DNA of 57,339 nucleotides from an uncultured beta proteobacterium (GTDB lineage Bacteria; Pseudomonadota; Gammaproteobacteria; Burkholderiales; Burkholderiaceae_C): the NCBI GenBank assembly GCA_903876045.1, contig CAIQYP010000535.1, positions 1-57,339 on the forward strand, written 5' to 3'. The first letter of the stretch is position 1; each line of letters begins with the position of its first letter. Shown piece by piece: positions 8,762-19,841 of this stretch. Under the pieces are notes generated by a model. The model saw only the letters and a list, made by a program, of their open reading frames with translations, had not been told where the DNA came from and searched no databases. The position numbers and the translations under genes were made by a program.

Positions 8762-10939
8762 ATGCAAGCCAAGATCAATATAGACATTCTTCGGGTTACC
8801 CATTTGCGCGGACCCAACATCTGGACCTATAGACCGGTAATTGAGGCATGGGTCGACATCGGTGAATTGGAAAACCACCCCTCCAACACCATCCCCGGCT
8901 TCTATGAGCGCCTGACCACCCTGCTACCTGGCCTGATCGAGCATGAATGCAGCCCTGGCGTACGCGGCGGCTTTTTGCAGCGACTGCAGGAAGGCACCTG
9001 GGCCGCCCACATTTTGGAACATGTGTGTCTGGAGATGCAAAACATGGCAGGCATGCGCACCGGCTTTGGCAAGGCGCGCAGCACCTCAACACCCGGCATA
9101 TACAAAATTGCCTTTCGCACCCGGCATGAAGCAGTAGGCCGCGCCGCACTGGCAGCAGGGCGTGAACTGTTGCTGAGTGCCATTCAGGACACTCCGTTTG
9201 ACTTGGCCAAGACGGTGGAAGACCTGACAGAAATGGTCGATGACCTGTGCCTGGGTCCGAGCACCGCGCATATCGTGGATGCCGCCACTGCACGCCGCAT
9301 TCCCAACATTCGCCTCACCAGCGGCAACCTGGTGCAATTGGGTTATGGCAAGGCGCAACGCCGCATCTGGACGGCCGAGACCGATCAGACCTCAGCCATT
9401 GCCGAAGAAATTGCCAGCGACAAAGACCTGACCAAGGCCCTGCTCAAGTCCTGCGGAGTGCCGGTGCCAGAAGGCGATCTCGTGCGCAACGCGGACGCCG
9501 CCTGGGAATCTGCGCAGGAAGTGGGAGTGCCGGTCGTGCTCAAACCCTACGACGGCAACCATGGCCGAGGTGTCTCGCTGGACCTGCGCACCGAGACCGA
9601 CGTGCGCGCAGCATACGATCTGGCCTTTCGCAAAGGCGACGGCAGCGCGGTGATCGTGGAGAAGTACATCCCCGGCAACGAGCATCGCCTGCTGATTGTG
9701 GGCAAGAAAATGGTGGCCGCTGCGGCCGGTGAATCGTTGTGGATCGCCTGCGATGGCATTCACAACATCGACCAATTGGCCGACCTGCAAATCAACATCG
9801 ATCCACGCCGTGGAACCGGCGAAGACTTTCCCCTCAACGCGCTGGTACCCAGCCAGAGCGGCGAAATCATTCTGGAACTGGAGCGCGCTGGCTTAAAGCC
9901 GGAGTCGGTGCCAGAAGCTGGCCGCAAGGTGCTCATTCAGCGAAACGGCAACGTCCAATTCGATGTCACAGACCAGGTACATCCCAGCATCGCAGCGGCC
10001 GCGGCACTGGCAGCCCGTGTCGTGGGACTGGACATCGCCGGTGTTGACATGGTGATGGAAGACGTTACCAAGCCCCTCTCAAGCCAACTCGGTGCCGTGA
10101 TCGAAGTGAATGCCAGCCCTGGCTTGCTGGCCCATATCAAGCCGTCCAATGGCCATGGGCAACCGGTGGGGCGCGCCATCATTGACCATTTGTTTAGCGA
10201 AGGCAACGACGGTCGCATCCCCATCGTGGGCATCACCGGAACCCTGCACACGGGACGCATTGCGCGCCTGGTCGCGTGGCTGGTGCATATCAGCGGCAAG
10301 CATGTGGGACTTGCCTGCAGCGAAGGCCTGTACCTTGACGGGCGCCAGATTGATGCCGCCGATTGCGCCCACTGGGACGCCGGTCAACGCGTGTTGATCA
10401 ACCGTTCGGTGCAAGCAGCGGTATTCGAAAACCCGGGCACCGTGATTTTGGGCGAGGGCCTGCCCTACGATAAATGCACGGTTGGCGTTGTCACTGACGT
10501 GAATTGGCACGAGGGCCTAAAGCACTACGACATTCTGGATGACGAGCAAAACTACAAAGTCGCGCGCACCCAGGTGGACGTGGTGTTACCCAGCGGAACC
10601 GCAGTGCTTAACGCCGATGATCACCAGGCAGTCGAGATGGCTGAGCTGTGCGACGGCAAGGTTATTTTTTACGGCTTGAACGCCGATCAGCCGGCCATTG
10701 CTGCGCACCGGGAGGCCGGCGAACGCGTGGTGGTGCTTCAAGGCGATGCAATTGTGCTGGCGCAAGGTGCGCAGATTGCTGCCCGCTTGCCCCTTTCCAG
10801 CCTGAATCCGTCCAAGGCCTCCAAGCCAGAAATGGTGATGGCCGCCGTGGCCGCCGCCTGGGCGTTGAACATCCCGGTAGAGCTGATTAGCGCCGGACTG
10901 CGTACCTTCGAGTCCGCCCCCAAGAAAACCCCTTACTGA
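8762..10939 (+). CDS. cphA: Cyanophycin synthetase paralog, short/degenerate (CphA'-type)
   Basis: LRGPNIW, CSPGVRGGF..HILEH, GPST..IV, KPYDGNHGRGV, EVNASPG; Mur-domain P-loop degenerate (GTLHTG); C-terminal domain missing. Confidence 0.88.
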   Translation: MQAKINIDILRVTHLRGPNIWTYRPVIEAWVDIGELENHPSNTIPGFYERLTTLLPGLIEHECSPGVRGGFLQRLQEGTWAAHILEHVCLEMQNMAGMRTGFGKARSTSTPGIYKIAFRTRHEAVGRAALAAGRELLLSAIQDTPFDLAKTVEDLTEMVDDLCLGPSTAHIVDAATARRIPNIRLTSGNLVQLGYGKAQRRIWTAETDQTSAIAEEIASDKDLTKALLKSCGVPVPEGDLVRNADAAWESAQEVGVPVVLKPYDGNHGRGVSLDLRTETDVRAAYDLAFRKGDGSAVIVEKYIPGNEHRLLIVGKKMVAAAAGESLWIACDGIHNIDQLADLQINIDPRRGTGEDFPLNALVPSQSGEIILELERAGLKPESVPEAGRKVLIQRNGNVQFDVTDQVHPSIAAAAALAARVVGLDIAGVDMVMEDVTKPLSSQLGAVIEVNASPGLLAHIKPSNGHGQPVGRAIIDHLFSEGNDGRIPIVGITGTLHTGRIARLVAWLVHISGKHVGLACSEGLYLDGRQIDAADCAHWDAGQRVLINRSVQAAVFENPGTVILGEGLPYDKCTVGVVTDVNWHEGLKHYDILDDEQNYKVARTQVDVVLPSGTAVLNADDHQAVEMAELCDGKVIFYGLNADQPAIAAHREAGERVVVLQGDAIVLAQGAQIAARLPLSSLNPSKASKPEMVMAAVAAAWALNIPVELISAGLRTFESAPKKTPY

Positions 10940-10946
10940 GCACGCC

Positions 10947-13517
10947 ATGGAAGTCACCCGCATACGCGCCCTGCGCGGCCCCAATCTCTGGAGCCACCAT
11001 ACGGCCATTCAATCCATCGTGTCATGCACTCCGCCCGAGCATTCCATCGCCAGCCTGCAAGGATTTGAAGCCCGCTTGCGTGAGCGTTTCCCGGAACTAG
11101 GCTCGCTGCAGCCCAACGGTCATGACGACACGGTTTGCATGGCCCATGTCATGGAACTGGTAGCCCTGGGGCTGCAGGCACAGGCCGGCTGCCCGGTGAC
11201 CTTCAGTTGCACCACGCCAACCCTGGATGCCCATGTGTACCAGGTGGTGGTGGAATACAGCGAAGAAGCCGTGGGTCGCAAGGCGCTGGAAATGGCGCAG
11301 GCCGTTTGCGAGGCTGCGATGAACGATACCGCTTTTGATCTGGTGGCTGCACTGACGGAGTTGCGCGATCTGGATGAAGACGTACGCCTGGGGCCCAGCA
11401 CCGGCTGCATCGTGGATGCAGCCGTAGCACGCGGCATTCCATTTAGTCGCATGACCGAGGGCAGCATGGTGCGCTTTGGCTGGGGCAGCCAGCAACGCCG
11501 GATTCAGGCAGCGGAGATTGACTCCACCAGCGCCATTTCTGAAGCCATTGCCCAGGACAAGCAACTCACCAAGCGCCTGTTGGCCGCCGCCGGTGTGCCG
11601 GTGCCCGCCGGTCGCGAAGTCAGCGATGCCGATGACGCCTGGAAAGCCGCCTGCGAAATTGGCTTGCCCGTGGTGGTCAAGCCGTTGGACGGCAATCAGG
11701 GCAAGGGAGTCACCGTCAACATCACCAGCGAAGAACAACTGCGCAAGGCCTATGAAGTGGCCACCACTTTCCGCGATAGCATTCTGGTGGAACGCTACAT
11801 GCCCGGCAACGACTTCCGCTTGCTGGTGGTCGGTGACAAACTGGTGGCTGCTGCTCGGCGTGACCCTCCCAAGGTGGTGGGGGATGGCGTCAGCACCATT
11901 GCGCAACTGGTAGAGCAGGTCAACAAGGACCCGCGCCGCGGCTCAGGCCACTCGACCTCACTCACCAAAATTCGCTTCGACGATATTGCCAAGGAAACCC
12001 TGGCAAACCAGGGTTTCACTGCCGAATCCGTGCTGCAGAAGGGCAAGCGCGTCAATTTGCGCAACAATGCCAACCTGTCCACCGGCGGCTCAGCCACCGA
12101 TGTAACCGACGACGTGCACCCGGACGTGGCCGCCCGCGCCATCGCTGCAGCCCACATGGTGGGCCTGGATATATGCGGCGTGGACGTGGTCAGCGACAGC
12201 ATTCTGCGACCGCTCGAAGAGCAAGGCGGCGGCATGGTGGAAGTCAACGCAGCACCCGGCCTGCGCATGCACTTGGCACCGTCGTTTGGCAAGGGTCGCC
12301 CGGTGGGCGAAGCCATCATTTCCATGCTGTTCAAGAATGGGCAGAACGGTCGCATCCCGCTGGTGGCTGTGACCGGCACCAACGGCAAAACTACCACGGT
12401 TCGACTGATTTCGCACCTGCTCAAGACCAAGGGTCTGCGTGTTGGCATGACCAATACCGACGGCGTGTATGTCGATGGCCAGTGCATTGACACCGGTGAC
12501 TGCAGCGGCCCAAAGAGCGCACGCAGTGTGCTGCTGCACCCGGACGTGGATGCGGCCGTGCTGGAAACTGCTCGCGGTGGTGTGCTGCGCGAGGGCCTGG
12601 CCTTTGACCGCTGCGATGTAGCAGTCGTCACCAATGTGGGCAGCGGTGACCATTTGGGCCTCAACTACATCACCACGGTGCAAGACCTTGCGGTGCTCAA
12701 GCGCGTCATCGTGCAAAACGTTTCTGCCACCGGTGTGGCGGTGCTCAACGCTGCCGACCCCAACGTCGCCTCCATGGCCAACAAGACCAAGGGCGCAGTG
12801 ACCTTTTTCGCCCAGGATCGGCACCATCCGGTCATGGCCACGCACCGTGCACAAGGCCATGCCGTGGTCTATGTCGAAGAAGGCAATCTGGTCGCAGCCC
12901 AAGGCGAATTCAAGCACCACATCCCTTTGAGCAGAATACCGGTGACCCATGGTGGAGCCATTGGCTTCCAGGTGGAAAACGCCATGGCATCGGTGGCCGC
13001 CGCGTGGGCCTTGAAAGTTGACTGGCTGACGATTGAGGAGGGATTGGCGTCTTTCTCCAACGACAGCGACAACGCCGCCGGCCGCTTTAACCTGTTCAAT
13101 TACCGCGGTGCCACGGTGATAGCCGACTATGGCCACAACCCCGACGCCATGGCCGCCCTGGTGCAGGCCGTGGAGGCCATGCCGGCTAGTCGGCGCAGCG
13201 TGGTTATCAGCGGTGCTGGTGACCGGCGGGATCAGGACATTCGGCAGCAGACCGAAATTCTTGGTGCAGCCTTCGACGAAGTGGTGTTGTTTGAAGACCA
13301 ATGCCAGCGCGGGCGCAAGGATGGCGAGGTTATTGCCCTGTTGCGTGAAGGCCTGAAGGGGGCCAAACGCACCACAGAATCCTCAGAAATCTACGGCGAG
13401 TTTCTGGCCATAGACACCGCGATGGACAAGCTTAAAGAAGGCGAACTGTGCCTGATTCTGGTGGACCAGGTGGAAGAAGCCCTGGCACACATCGCTGCCA
13501 AGGTGAAGAAGGCTTAG
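10947..13517 (+). CDS. cphA: Cyanophycin synthetase (ATP-grasp + Mur-ligase domains)
   Basis: [58 protein letters not shown]. Confidence 0.95.
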   Translation: MEVTRIRALRGPNLWSHHTAIQSIVSCTPPEHSIASLQGFEARLRERFPELGSLQPNGHDDTVCMAHVMELVALGLQAQAGCPVTFSCTTPTLDAHVYQVVVEYSEEAVGRKALEMAQAVCEAAMNDTAFDLVAALTELRDLDEDVRLGPSTGCIVDAAVARGIPFSRMTEGSMVRFGWGSQQRRIQAAEIDSTSAISEAIAQDKQLTKRLLAAAGVPVPAGREVSDADDAWKAACEIGLPVVVKPLDGNQGKGVTVNITSEEQLRKAYEVATTFRDSILVERYMPGNDFRLLVVGDKLVAAARRDPPKVVGDGVSTIAQLVEQVNKDPRRGSGHSTSLTKIRFDDIAKETLANQGFTAESVLQKGKRVNLRNNANLSTGGSATDVTDDVHPDVAARAIAAAHMVGLDICGVDVVSDSILRPLEEQGGGMVEVNAAPGLRMHLAPSFGKGRPVGEAIISMLFKNGQNGRIPLVAVTGTNGKTTTVRLISHLLKTKGLRVGMTNTDGVYVDGQCIDTGDCSGPKSARSVLLHPDVDAAVLETARGGVLREGLAFDRCDVAVVTNVGSGDHLGLNYITTVQDLAVLKRVIVQNVSATGVAVLNAADPNVASMANKTKGAVTFFAQDRHHPVMATHRAQGHAVVYVEEGNLVAAQGEFKHHIPLSRIPVTHGGAIGFQVENAMASVAAAWALKVDWLTIEEGLASFSNDSDNAAGRFNLFNYRGATVIADYGHNPDAMAALVQAVEAMPASRRSVVISGAGDRRDQDIRQQTEILGAAFDEVVLFEDQCQRGRKDGEVIALLREGLKGAKRTTESSEIYGEFLAIDTAMDKLKEGELCLILVDQVEEALAHIAAKVKKA

Positions 13518-14533
13518 GTTCGCGGCACTTCGGTGCCAGGATCACGCCCCATCAACCGGGCTACGGCCTGGGCTGGTTGTATGCGGCCATCGAGCAAGTC
13601 CACTACACATTCGGTGATGGGCATGTCCACATCCAGGCTGCGTGAACGCTGCAACACCGTTTGCGCGCAGTACACACCTTCAGCGACATGGCCCAATTCC
13701 GCAACCGCTTGGTGCAGGGTTTTACCTTGTGCAAGAGCCAGCCCCACTCTGCGATTGCGCGACAGGTCACCGGTCGCGGTTAGCACCAGATCACCCAAGC
13801 CGCTCAGACCCATAAAAGTCTCGGCTTTGGCATCGAGCGCTACACCCAGTCGGGTAATTTCTGTGAGCCCCCGGGTGATCAGAGCGGCACGGGCATTCAA
13901 GCCCAGTTGCAGGCCATCGCAAAGTCCGGTCGCAATGGCCAACACGTTCTTGACGGCACCGCCGACTTCGACACCCACCACGTCGTCATTGGCATACACG
14001 CGCAAGCTGCTGCTGTGAAAAGCCTCGACCATGGCCTCGCGCACATTGGCAAAGGCACTGGCTGCTACCAAAGCGGTTGGTTTTCCCAAGGCCACTTCCT
14101 GCGCAAAGCTGGGGCCACTCAGCACCCCGGCCTGCAAAGCGGGCGCGACCTGCGCCTGCACTTCGTGGCCCAGCAAGCCAAAGTTATCGTCTCGCTCGGC
14201 CTCAAAGCCTTTGCATAGCCATACCACCGGGGCCTGCATGCCACGCAGTTGCACCAGCATCTCGCGCAGTCCAGCCATGGGCGAGGCCACCACCAATAAA
14301 TCCTGCTGCGCAAGCTGGGCTGCCAAAGACAACAAACTGCCACTGACAATTTGCAGACCTGCCGGCAGTGCGATACCTGGCAGGTAACGGCTATTGCAAC
14401 GTACATACTGAAGTTCTGCCGCCTGTGCGCTGTCGCGTGCCCAAAGAGTAACGCTGTGCCGCTCAGGCACGCTGGCGGCACTCAGTGCCAAAGCGGTTCC
14501 CCAGGCCCCTGCTCCGAGCACAAATATCTTCAT
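13514..14533 (-). CDS. gpsA: NAD(P)H-dependent glycerol-3-phosphate dehydrogenase
   Basis: [41 protein letters not shown]. Confidence 0.96.
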   Translation of the reverse strand: MKIFVLGAGAWGTALALSAASVPERHSVTLWARDSAQAAELQYVRCNSRYLPGIALPAGLQIVSGSLLSLAAQLAQQDLLVVASPMAGLREMLVQLRGMQAPVVWLCKGFEAERDDNFGLLGHEVQAQVAPALQAGVLSGPSFAQEVALGKPTALVAASAFANVREAMVEAFHSSSLRVYANDDVVGVEVGGAVKNVLAIATGLCDGLQLGLNARAALITRGLTEITRLGVALDAKAETFMGLSGLGDLVLTATGDLSRNRRVGLALAQGKTLHQAVAELGHVAEGVYCAQTVLQRSRSLDVDMPITECVVDLLDGRIQPAQAVARLMGRDPGTEVPRT

Positions 14534-14576
14534 GAAAGACCTCTAGACCTGCGGGGCAAGCCGCATGTCAACGGGT

Positions 14577-15032
14577 TTACTGCGTCAGGGTGCCGTCCGG
14601 CGCACCAGCCGCTTCGGCGCGCTGTTGCTCGTACATGGCCTGGAAGTTGATTTCCGACAGGTGCACGGGCGGGAAGCCAGCGCGCTGCACCAGATCAGCG
14701 ACGTTACCGCGCAGGTAGGGGTAGACGATTTGCGGGCAAGCGATGCCCATGATCTGTCCGAGTTGCTCATCTTCGAGGTTGCGGATTTCAAAAATTCCGG
14801 CCTGCTTGGCTTCCACCAAAAACACCGTTTTGTCATTGATCTTGGTATGCACAGTAGCCGTTACGCTCACTTCATAAATGCCCTCGGCCACCGGAGATGC
14901 TGCTACGCCCAACTGGATGTCCACCGAAGGTTGCTCCTGCTCCAGCAGGATCGCAGGCGAATTGGGTTGCTCCAGAGAGGCCTCTTTGAGGTACACGCGC
15001 TGGATCTGAAATACAGGTTCTTGGTCTGCCAT
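14577..15032 (-). CDS. secB: Protein-export chaperone SecB
   Basis: [44 protein letters not shown]. Confidence 0.96.
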   Translation of the reverse strand: MADQEPVFQIQRVYLKEASLEQPNSPAILLEQEQPSVDIQLGVAASPVAEGIYEVSVTATVHTKINDKTVFLVEAKQAGIFEIRNLEDEQLGQIMGIACPQIVYPYLRGNVADLVQRAGFPPVHLSEINFQAMYEQQRAEAAGAPDGTLTQ

Positions 15033-15049
15033 GGGAAACTCTTTCAAAG

Positions 15050-15084
15050 TAAAACAAAGCCCGCAAAGGAAAAAGCTGCGGGCT
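15050..15084 (-). terminator. Putative intrinsic terminator/hairpin between grxC and secB
   Basis: AGCCCGCA...TGCGGGCT stem followed by TTGTTTT on the minus strand. Confidence 0.5.
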
Positions 15085-15112
15085 GGAAAAAAGGCTTTCG
15101 GGCGAGATTATC

Positions 15113-15373
15113 TCAGGCCGCGTTGAGCAAAGGCAGCAGGCCGCCTTTACCGTCCAAAGCGACCAGATCGTCACAGCCGCCGACATGGGTTTCACCAATA
15201 AAAATCTGGGGTACGGTGCGACGCCCGGTTAGTTCCATCATCTTCATGCGTTCTTGTGGATTGGCATCAACCCGGATTTCTTCAATGCTTGAAACGCCCT
15301 TGGACAACAAAAGGCGTTTAGCCTGCACGCAATAGGGGCAGACTGCGGTGGTGTACATCTTGACGGCTTGCAT
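15113..15373 (-). CDS. grxC: Glutaredoxin 3
   Basis: CPYC, TVPQIFIG, GGCDDL; rhodanese-grxC-secB-gpsA order. Confidence 0.95.
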   Translation of the reverse strand: MQAVKMYTTAVCPYCVQAKRLLLSKGVSSIEEIRVDANPQERMKMMELTGRRTVPQIFIGETHVGGCDDLVALDGKGGLLPLLNAA

Positions 15374-15399
15374 AGAGTTTCCTTCTGACAGGGGAAATA

Positions 15400-15807
15400 T
15401 CAGGACTTGTCAACCGGCAGGTTGGCAGCGCGCCACGCCGCCAGACCGCCGCCCAGGCTTTGTGCCTGCTCGTAACCCAACTTTTTGGCAATAGCCAGTG
15501 CGCGGCCGGAGCGGGCACCGCTTTGGCACACCAGAATCAGCGGCAAGGTCTTGTTCTTCACCGAAGTTGCCAACTTGGCTTCCAGTTCCCCCAAAGGAAT
15601 GTTCTTGGCGCCTGTGACATGGCCGGCGGCAAACTCATTGACTTCGCAAACATCCACCACAACAGCTTTTTCGCGGTTAATCAGTTGCACCGCAGCTGCG
15701 GGTGTGAGCCCGGCAGTGGCTGCGCCCTGCACGACGGGCCACAACAGCATGCCGCCTGCGACCAGGGCGATGGAGATCAACATCCAGTTATTAACGATAA
15801 AGCTCAT
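15400..15807 (-). CDS. Rhodanese-like domain protein (YibN-like)
   Basis: N-terminal TM, GHVTGAKNIP, CQSGARS, LGGGLAAW. Confidence 0.9.
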   Translation of the reverse strand: MSFIVNNWMLISIALVAGGMLLWPVVQGAATAGLTPAAAVQLINREKAVVVDVCEVNEFAAGHVTGAKNIPLGELEAKLATSVKNKTLPLILVCQSGARSGRALAIAKKLGYEQAQSLGGGLAAWRAANLPVDKS

Positions 15808-15931
15808 AAATTTCTACTTTGTTCCTAGTTCGTACTCTCGCAAAGGCGAAAGACTTAGCCTGACATTTTAGAATGGAGGGCCGGTCCTTGTTGTGGTCCG
15901 GCTATTCATCCCCGATTTGAGTCCCATCACC

Positions 15932-16675
15932 ATGCACAAACTCGTTCTTGTTCGCCACGGCGAATCCACCTGGAATCTGGAAAACCGCTTTACCGGCTGG
16001 ACCGACGTGGACCTGACCCCCACTGGTGTTGAACAGGCAAAAAATGCCGGCCGGTTGCTCAAGGCCGAGGGCTATGAATTCGACCTGGCCTACACCAGCG
16101 TGCTGAAACGGGCCACTCGCACACTCTGGCATTGCCTGGACGAGATGGATCGCACCTGGCTGCCGGTAGTGCACTCCTGGCGGCTTAATGAGCGCCACTA
16201 TGGTGCGCTGCAGGGTCTGAACAAAGCCGATATGGCCAAGCAATACGGCGAAGCCCAAGTGCTGGTGTGGCGCCGCAGCTATGACACACCGCCCCCTTCG
16301 CTGGAAGCGACCGACCCACGTTGCGAACGCTCCGATCTGCGCTACGCCAAACTTCAGCCTGATCAGGTGCCGCTGACCGAATGCCTGAAAGACACCGTGG
16401 AGCGTGTCATGCCCTTCTGGAATGAGTCAGTAGCGCCGGCCATAAAGGCGGGCAAAAAAATTGTGATTGCCGCCCACGGCAACTCCATTCGCGCACTGGT
16501 GAAGTATCTGGACAATATTGCCGACGACGCTATCGTCGGAGTCAATATCCCCAACGGTATTCCGCTGGTTTATGAATTGGATGATGCGCTAAAGCCAATT
16601 CGCAACTACTACCTGGGTGACGCTGAAGCCGCTGCCAAAGCCGCTGCTGCCGTGGCATCGCAAGGTAAAGCTTAA
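15932..16675 (+). CDS. gpmA: 2,3-bisphosphoglycerate-dependent phosphoglycerate mutase
   Basis: [34 protein letters not shown]. Confidence 0.96.
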   Translation: MHKLVLVRHGESTWNLENRFTGWTDVDLTPTGVEQAKNAGRLLKAEGYEFDLAYTSVLKRATRTLWHCLDEMDRTWLPVVHSWRLNERHYGALQGLNKADMAKQYGEAQVLVWRRSYDTPPPSLEATDPRCERSDLRYAKLQPDQVPLTECLKDTVERVMPFWNESVAPAIKAGKKIVIAAHGNSIRALVKYLDNIADDAIVGVNIPNGIPLVYELDDALKPIRNYYLGDAEAAAKAAAAVASQGKA

Positions 16676-16764
16676 GCAAATTAGACCCGGAAAAAGTAGG
16701 CTGCTAGTTCCTCTTGCCACCTGTAGGCTGCCGCGGTGTATATTGAGATAAGACAGGAATATTT

Positions 16765-18201
16765 ATGGGCCAAAAATTGAAAATTACCGGGTGGATTGCA
16801 GTGGGTGCGCTGGCGGGCGCACTGACTACGGTTTCGCTGCAGACCGTGGCACGCAGTGCACTTGCACCCCTGCCGCTTGAAGAGTTGCAGCAACTCGCGG
16901 CGGTATTCGGCATGATCAAAAGTGATTATGTGGAGCCGGTAGACGAGAAAAAACTGATAACCGATGCCATCTCCGGCATGGTTTCCAGTTTGGACCCGCA
17001 CTCGCAATTCTTCGACAAGAAGTCCTTCAAGGAATTCAAAGAAGGCACCTCCGGGAAATTTGTGGGTGTGGGCATTGAAATTACCCAGGAAGACGGACTG
17101 GTCAAGGTGGTTTCACCTATTGAAGGCTCACCCGCCTTCCGTGCCGGTCTAAAACCGAACGACCTGATCACCAAGATTGATGAAACTGCCGTCAAGGGCC
17201 TGACACTGAACGAAGCCGTCAAGCGCATGCGCGGCGAGCCTGCTACCAAGGTGCTACTGACGATCTACCGCAAGGACGAGAACCGAACCTTCCCGGTGAC
17301 CATCATCCGCGAGGAAATAAAACAGCAGTCGGTGCGCGGCAAGCTGATCGAGCCGGGCTACGCGTGGGTGCGCCTGAACCAGTTTCAGGAACGTACCGTG
17401 GATGACTTCGTTAAGAAGGTCAATGAGATCTATCACCAGGACCCCAACATCAAAGGCTTTGTATTGGACCTGCGTAACGATCCGGGCGGTTTGCTAAACG
17501 CGGCCGTTGCTATTTCATCCGCATTCTTGCCATCCGACGTGACCGTGGTATCAACCAATGGCCAGACTGCAGAGAGCAAGCAAACACTGAAAGCCAGTAT
17601 TGAAGACTTCCGTGGTGTGCCAGGAGCAGAGGCCATCAGCACCCTGCCAAAGGATTTGAAAAAGGTTCCCTTGATCGTGCTGGTGAACGAAGGCTCGGCC
17701 TCGGCCAGCGAGATCGTTGCCGGTGCCCTGCAGGACCACAAGCGCGCCACCCTGATGGGCAGCCAGACCTTTGGCAAAGGCTCGGTGCAGACTTTTCGCG
17801 CCCTCGGTCCGGATACCGGCTTGAAGATTACGACCTCACGCTATTACACGCCTAGCGGCCGCTCCATTCAGGCCAAAGGTATCGTGCCTGATGTCATGGT
17901 CGATGAAACGCTGGAAGGCAGCCCGTATGCGGTGTTGCGCATGCGCGAAGCCGACTATGACAAGCATTTGACCAGTGGCCAAGGCGAAGAAAAGAAAGAC
18001 CCGGAGCGTGAAAAGCTGCGCGATGAAGCGCTCAAACGCCTGGAAGAAGAGTCGCGCAAGCCACCCAGCGAGCGCAAGCCACCCGAATACGGCTCCGACA
18101 AAGATTTCCAGTTGATCCAGGCGATTAACCAGCTCAAGGGCAAACCTGTGCAGGTGAGCAAGACACTGGTCGAGCGCAAGGAAGAAAAGAAGGAAGAGTA
18201 G
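16765..18201 (+). CDS. S41-family carboxy-terminal processing protease (CtpA-like)
   Basis: LDPHS, PDZ GVGIEI, DLRNDPGG, SASASEIVAGALQD, TFGKGSVQ. Confidence 0.93.
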   Translation: MGQKLKITGWIAVGALAGALTTVSLQTVARSALAPLPLEELQQLAAVFGMIKSDYVEPVDEKKLITDAISGMVSSLDPHSQFFDKKSFKEFKEGTSGKFVGVGIEITQEDGLVKVVSPIEGSPAFRAGLKPNDLITKIDETAVKGLTLNEAVKRMRGEPATKVLLTIYRKDENRTFPVTIIREEIKQQSVRGKLIEPGYAWVRLNQFQERTVDDFVKKVNEIYHQDPNIKGFVLDLRNDPGGLLNAAVAISSAFLPSDVTVVSTNGQTAESKQTLKASIEDFRGVPGAEAISTLPKDLKKVPLIVLVNEGSASASEIVAGALQDHKRATLMGSQTFGKGSVQTFRALGPDTGLKITTSRYYTPSGRSIQAKGIVPDVMVDETLEGSPYAVLRMREADYDKHLTSGQGEEKKDPEREKLRDEALKRLEEESRKPPSERKPPEYGSDKDFQLIQAINQLKGKPVQVSKTLVERKEEKKEE

Positions 18202-18210
18202 GCCGGCAGC

Positions 18211-18996
18211 ATGCAGGATGACGCACTGCTGCGCTACTCGCGCCACATCCTGCTCGATGACATCGGCATCGAAGGCCAGGAGCGCATCTTGGCCACTCAT
18301 GCGCTGGTGATCGGAGCGGGTGGTCTGGGCTCCCCGGTTGCCATGTATCTCGCCGCTGCCGGTGTTGGCACAATTACCGTGACCGACCACGACACGGTGG
18401 ACCTCACCAATTTGCAACGACAGATTGCACACCGCACGGATGCAGTGGGCAGCCCCAAGGTTGAGTCGCTCAAGCGCACTCTGCATGATCTGAATCCATT
18501 GGTCCACGTCAACGCGTTGCAAATCCGGGCCGATACCGAATCACTTGACGCATTGGTGCAGCAGGCTGATGTAGTCCTCGACTGCTGCGACAACTTCAAG
18601 ACCCGTCACGCGGTGAACGCCGCCTGCGTCAAACATGGCAGGCCGCTGGTGTCGGGTGCAGTCATTCAGTTTGATGGCCAAATCAGCGTCTACGACACAC
18701 GCGTCGCGGATGCGCCCTGCTATGCCTGCACCTTCCCCGCAGAGGCCACATTCGAAGAGGTGCGCTGCTCGACCATGGGCGTGTTTGCACCCTTGGTGGG
18801 CATCATCGGCGCCATGCAGGCCGCAGAGGCACTCAAACTGACCATTGGGACCGGACGTAGCCTCAATGGCAGACTCCTTATGCTTGATGGGCGTGCCATG
18901 GAATGGAGCGAAATTCGCATGCCACGCAACCATAGTTGCCCTGTGTGTGCTGCGCGTCGCACCGCTATCGATTTGCCGTTAACGGCGACGCGATAA
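18211..18996 (+). CDS. moeB: MoeB/ThiF-family adenylyltransferase
   Basis: RYSRHILL, GAGGLGS, NLQRQ, DCCDNF, CYAC and CPVC zinc motifs. Confidence 0.85.
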   Translation: MQDDALLRYSRHILLDDIGIEGQERILATHALVIGAGGLGSPVAMYLAAAGVGTITVTDHDTVDLTNLQRQIAHRTDAVGSPKVESLKRTLHDLNPLVHVNALQIRADTESLDALVQQADVVLDCCDNFKTRHAVNAACVKHGRPLVSGAVIQFDGQISVYDTRVADAPCYACTFPAEATFEEVRCSTMGVFAPLVGIIGAMQAAEALKLTIGTGRSLNGRLLMLDGRAMEWSEIRMPRNHSCPVCAARRTAIDLPLTATR

Positions 18997-19055
18997 ATTT
19001 TCCATAGCAATCAGGCTTGCTGTTAGACTTTCGTCAGCGCTTCAAGAAACCATCA

Positions 19056-19841
19056 GTGGCAACAAATAAACTAGCATCACTTGTCGCATTAGAAGATTTA
19101 CGCCTTGACGACGCCAGGGCGCTTTTGGGTCGTGACAGCACACTCGCATTACCGGATTCGTCTGAATCCGCTGTTGCCTATCTCCAGTGTGTCGTTGATG
19201 GTTTGTGTGAGCTGTCGTTAAAGGATCCACTCACCGGTCTTTCTAACCGCCGCCAATTCCGTAACGTACTGGATCGCACTACCGAGATGGTCGCACGCTC
19301 AGGTGAACCGGCCCTTTTACTCATGGTCGACATCGACCACTTCAAACTTGTCAACGACACCCATGGCCATCAGGCTGGTGATCAGGTGTTGCAAGCGGTT
19401 GCACAGGCCTTGGCCAAGTGTGTGCGCCCCATGGATACGGTGGCGCGCTACGGTGGCGAGGAATTCGCAGTCGTTCTACCCAACTGCCATACCTTTTTCG
19501 GTGAAACCGTCGCAGAACGGATTCGCCAGACTATCCAGGACATGCCAGTAAGAGTTCCCTCTGGAAAGGTGCTGAATATTACGGTGAGCGTTGGCGGCGC
19601 ATACGCCCCTGAATGGGTGCGCTCGACAGCCGCTTTGTGGACCGAGCGTGCAGATGTGCAGTTGTATCGCGCCAAAAAGGAAGGACGCAACCGCATATTT
19701 ATCGATACGCAGCAGGAAATTTTTGTCAGTGCCGAAGAAAAAAATATGTTGTTCGGACATTTGGCGCTGGGTGAACCGGCTTGGATTGAGTCTGCAACGG
19801 GTGACGCCACGGCGACCGTTGCAGGACAGAGGGTTAATTGA
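19056..19841 (+). CDS. Soluble diguanylate cyclase (GGEEF)
   Basis: DPLTGLSNRR, DIDHFK.VND.HGH..GD, RPMD I-site, RYGGEEF; start uncertain (GTG 19056 or TTG 19017). Confidence 0.92.
   Translation: MATNKLASLVALEDLRLDDARALLGRDSTLALPDSSESAVAYLQCVVDGLCELSLKDPLTGLSNRRQFRNVLDRTTEMVARSGEPALLLMVDIDHFKLVNDTHGHQAGDQVLQAVAQALAKCVRPMDTVARYGGEEFAVVLPNCHTFFGETVAERIRQTIQDMPVRVPSGKVLNITVSVGGAYAPEWVRSTAALWTERADVQLYRAKKEGRNRIFIDTQQEIFVSAEEKNMLFGHLALGEPAWIESATGDATATVAGQRVN

Noticed and set aside
12090-13301. 403-aa minus-strand ORF (likewise 2127..3278, 26427..27338, 30030..30941)
   Set aside because: All lie opposite well-supported genes and lack family motifs
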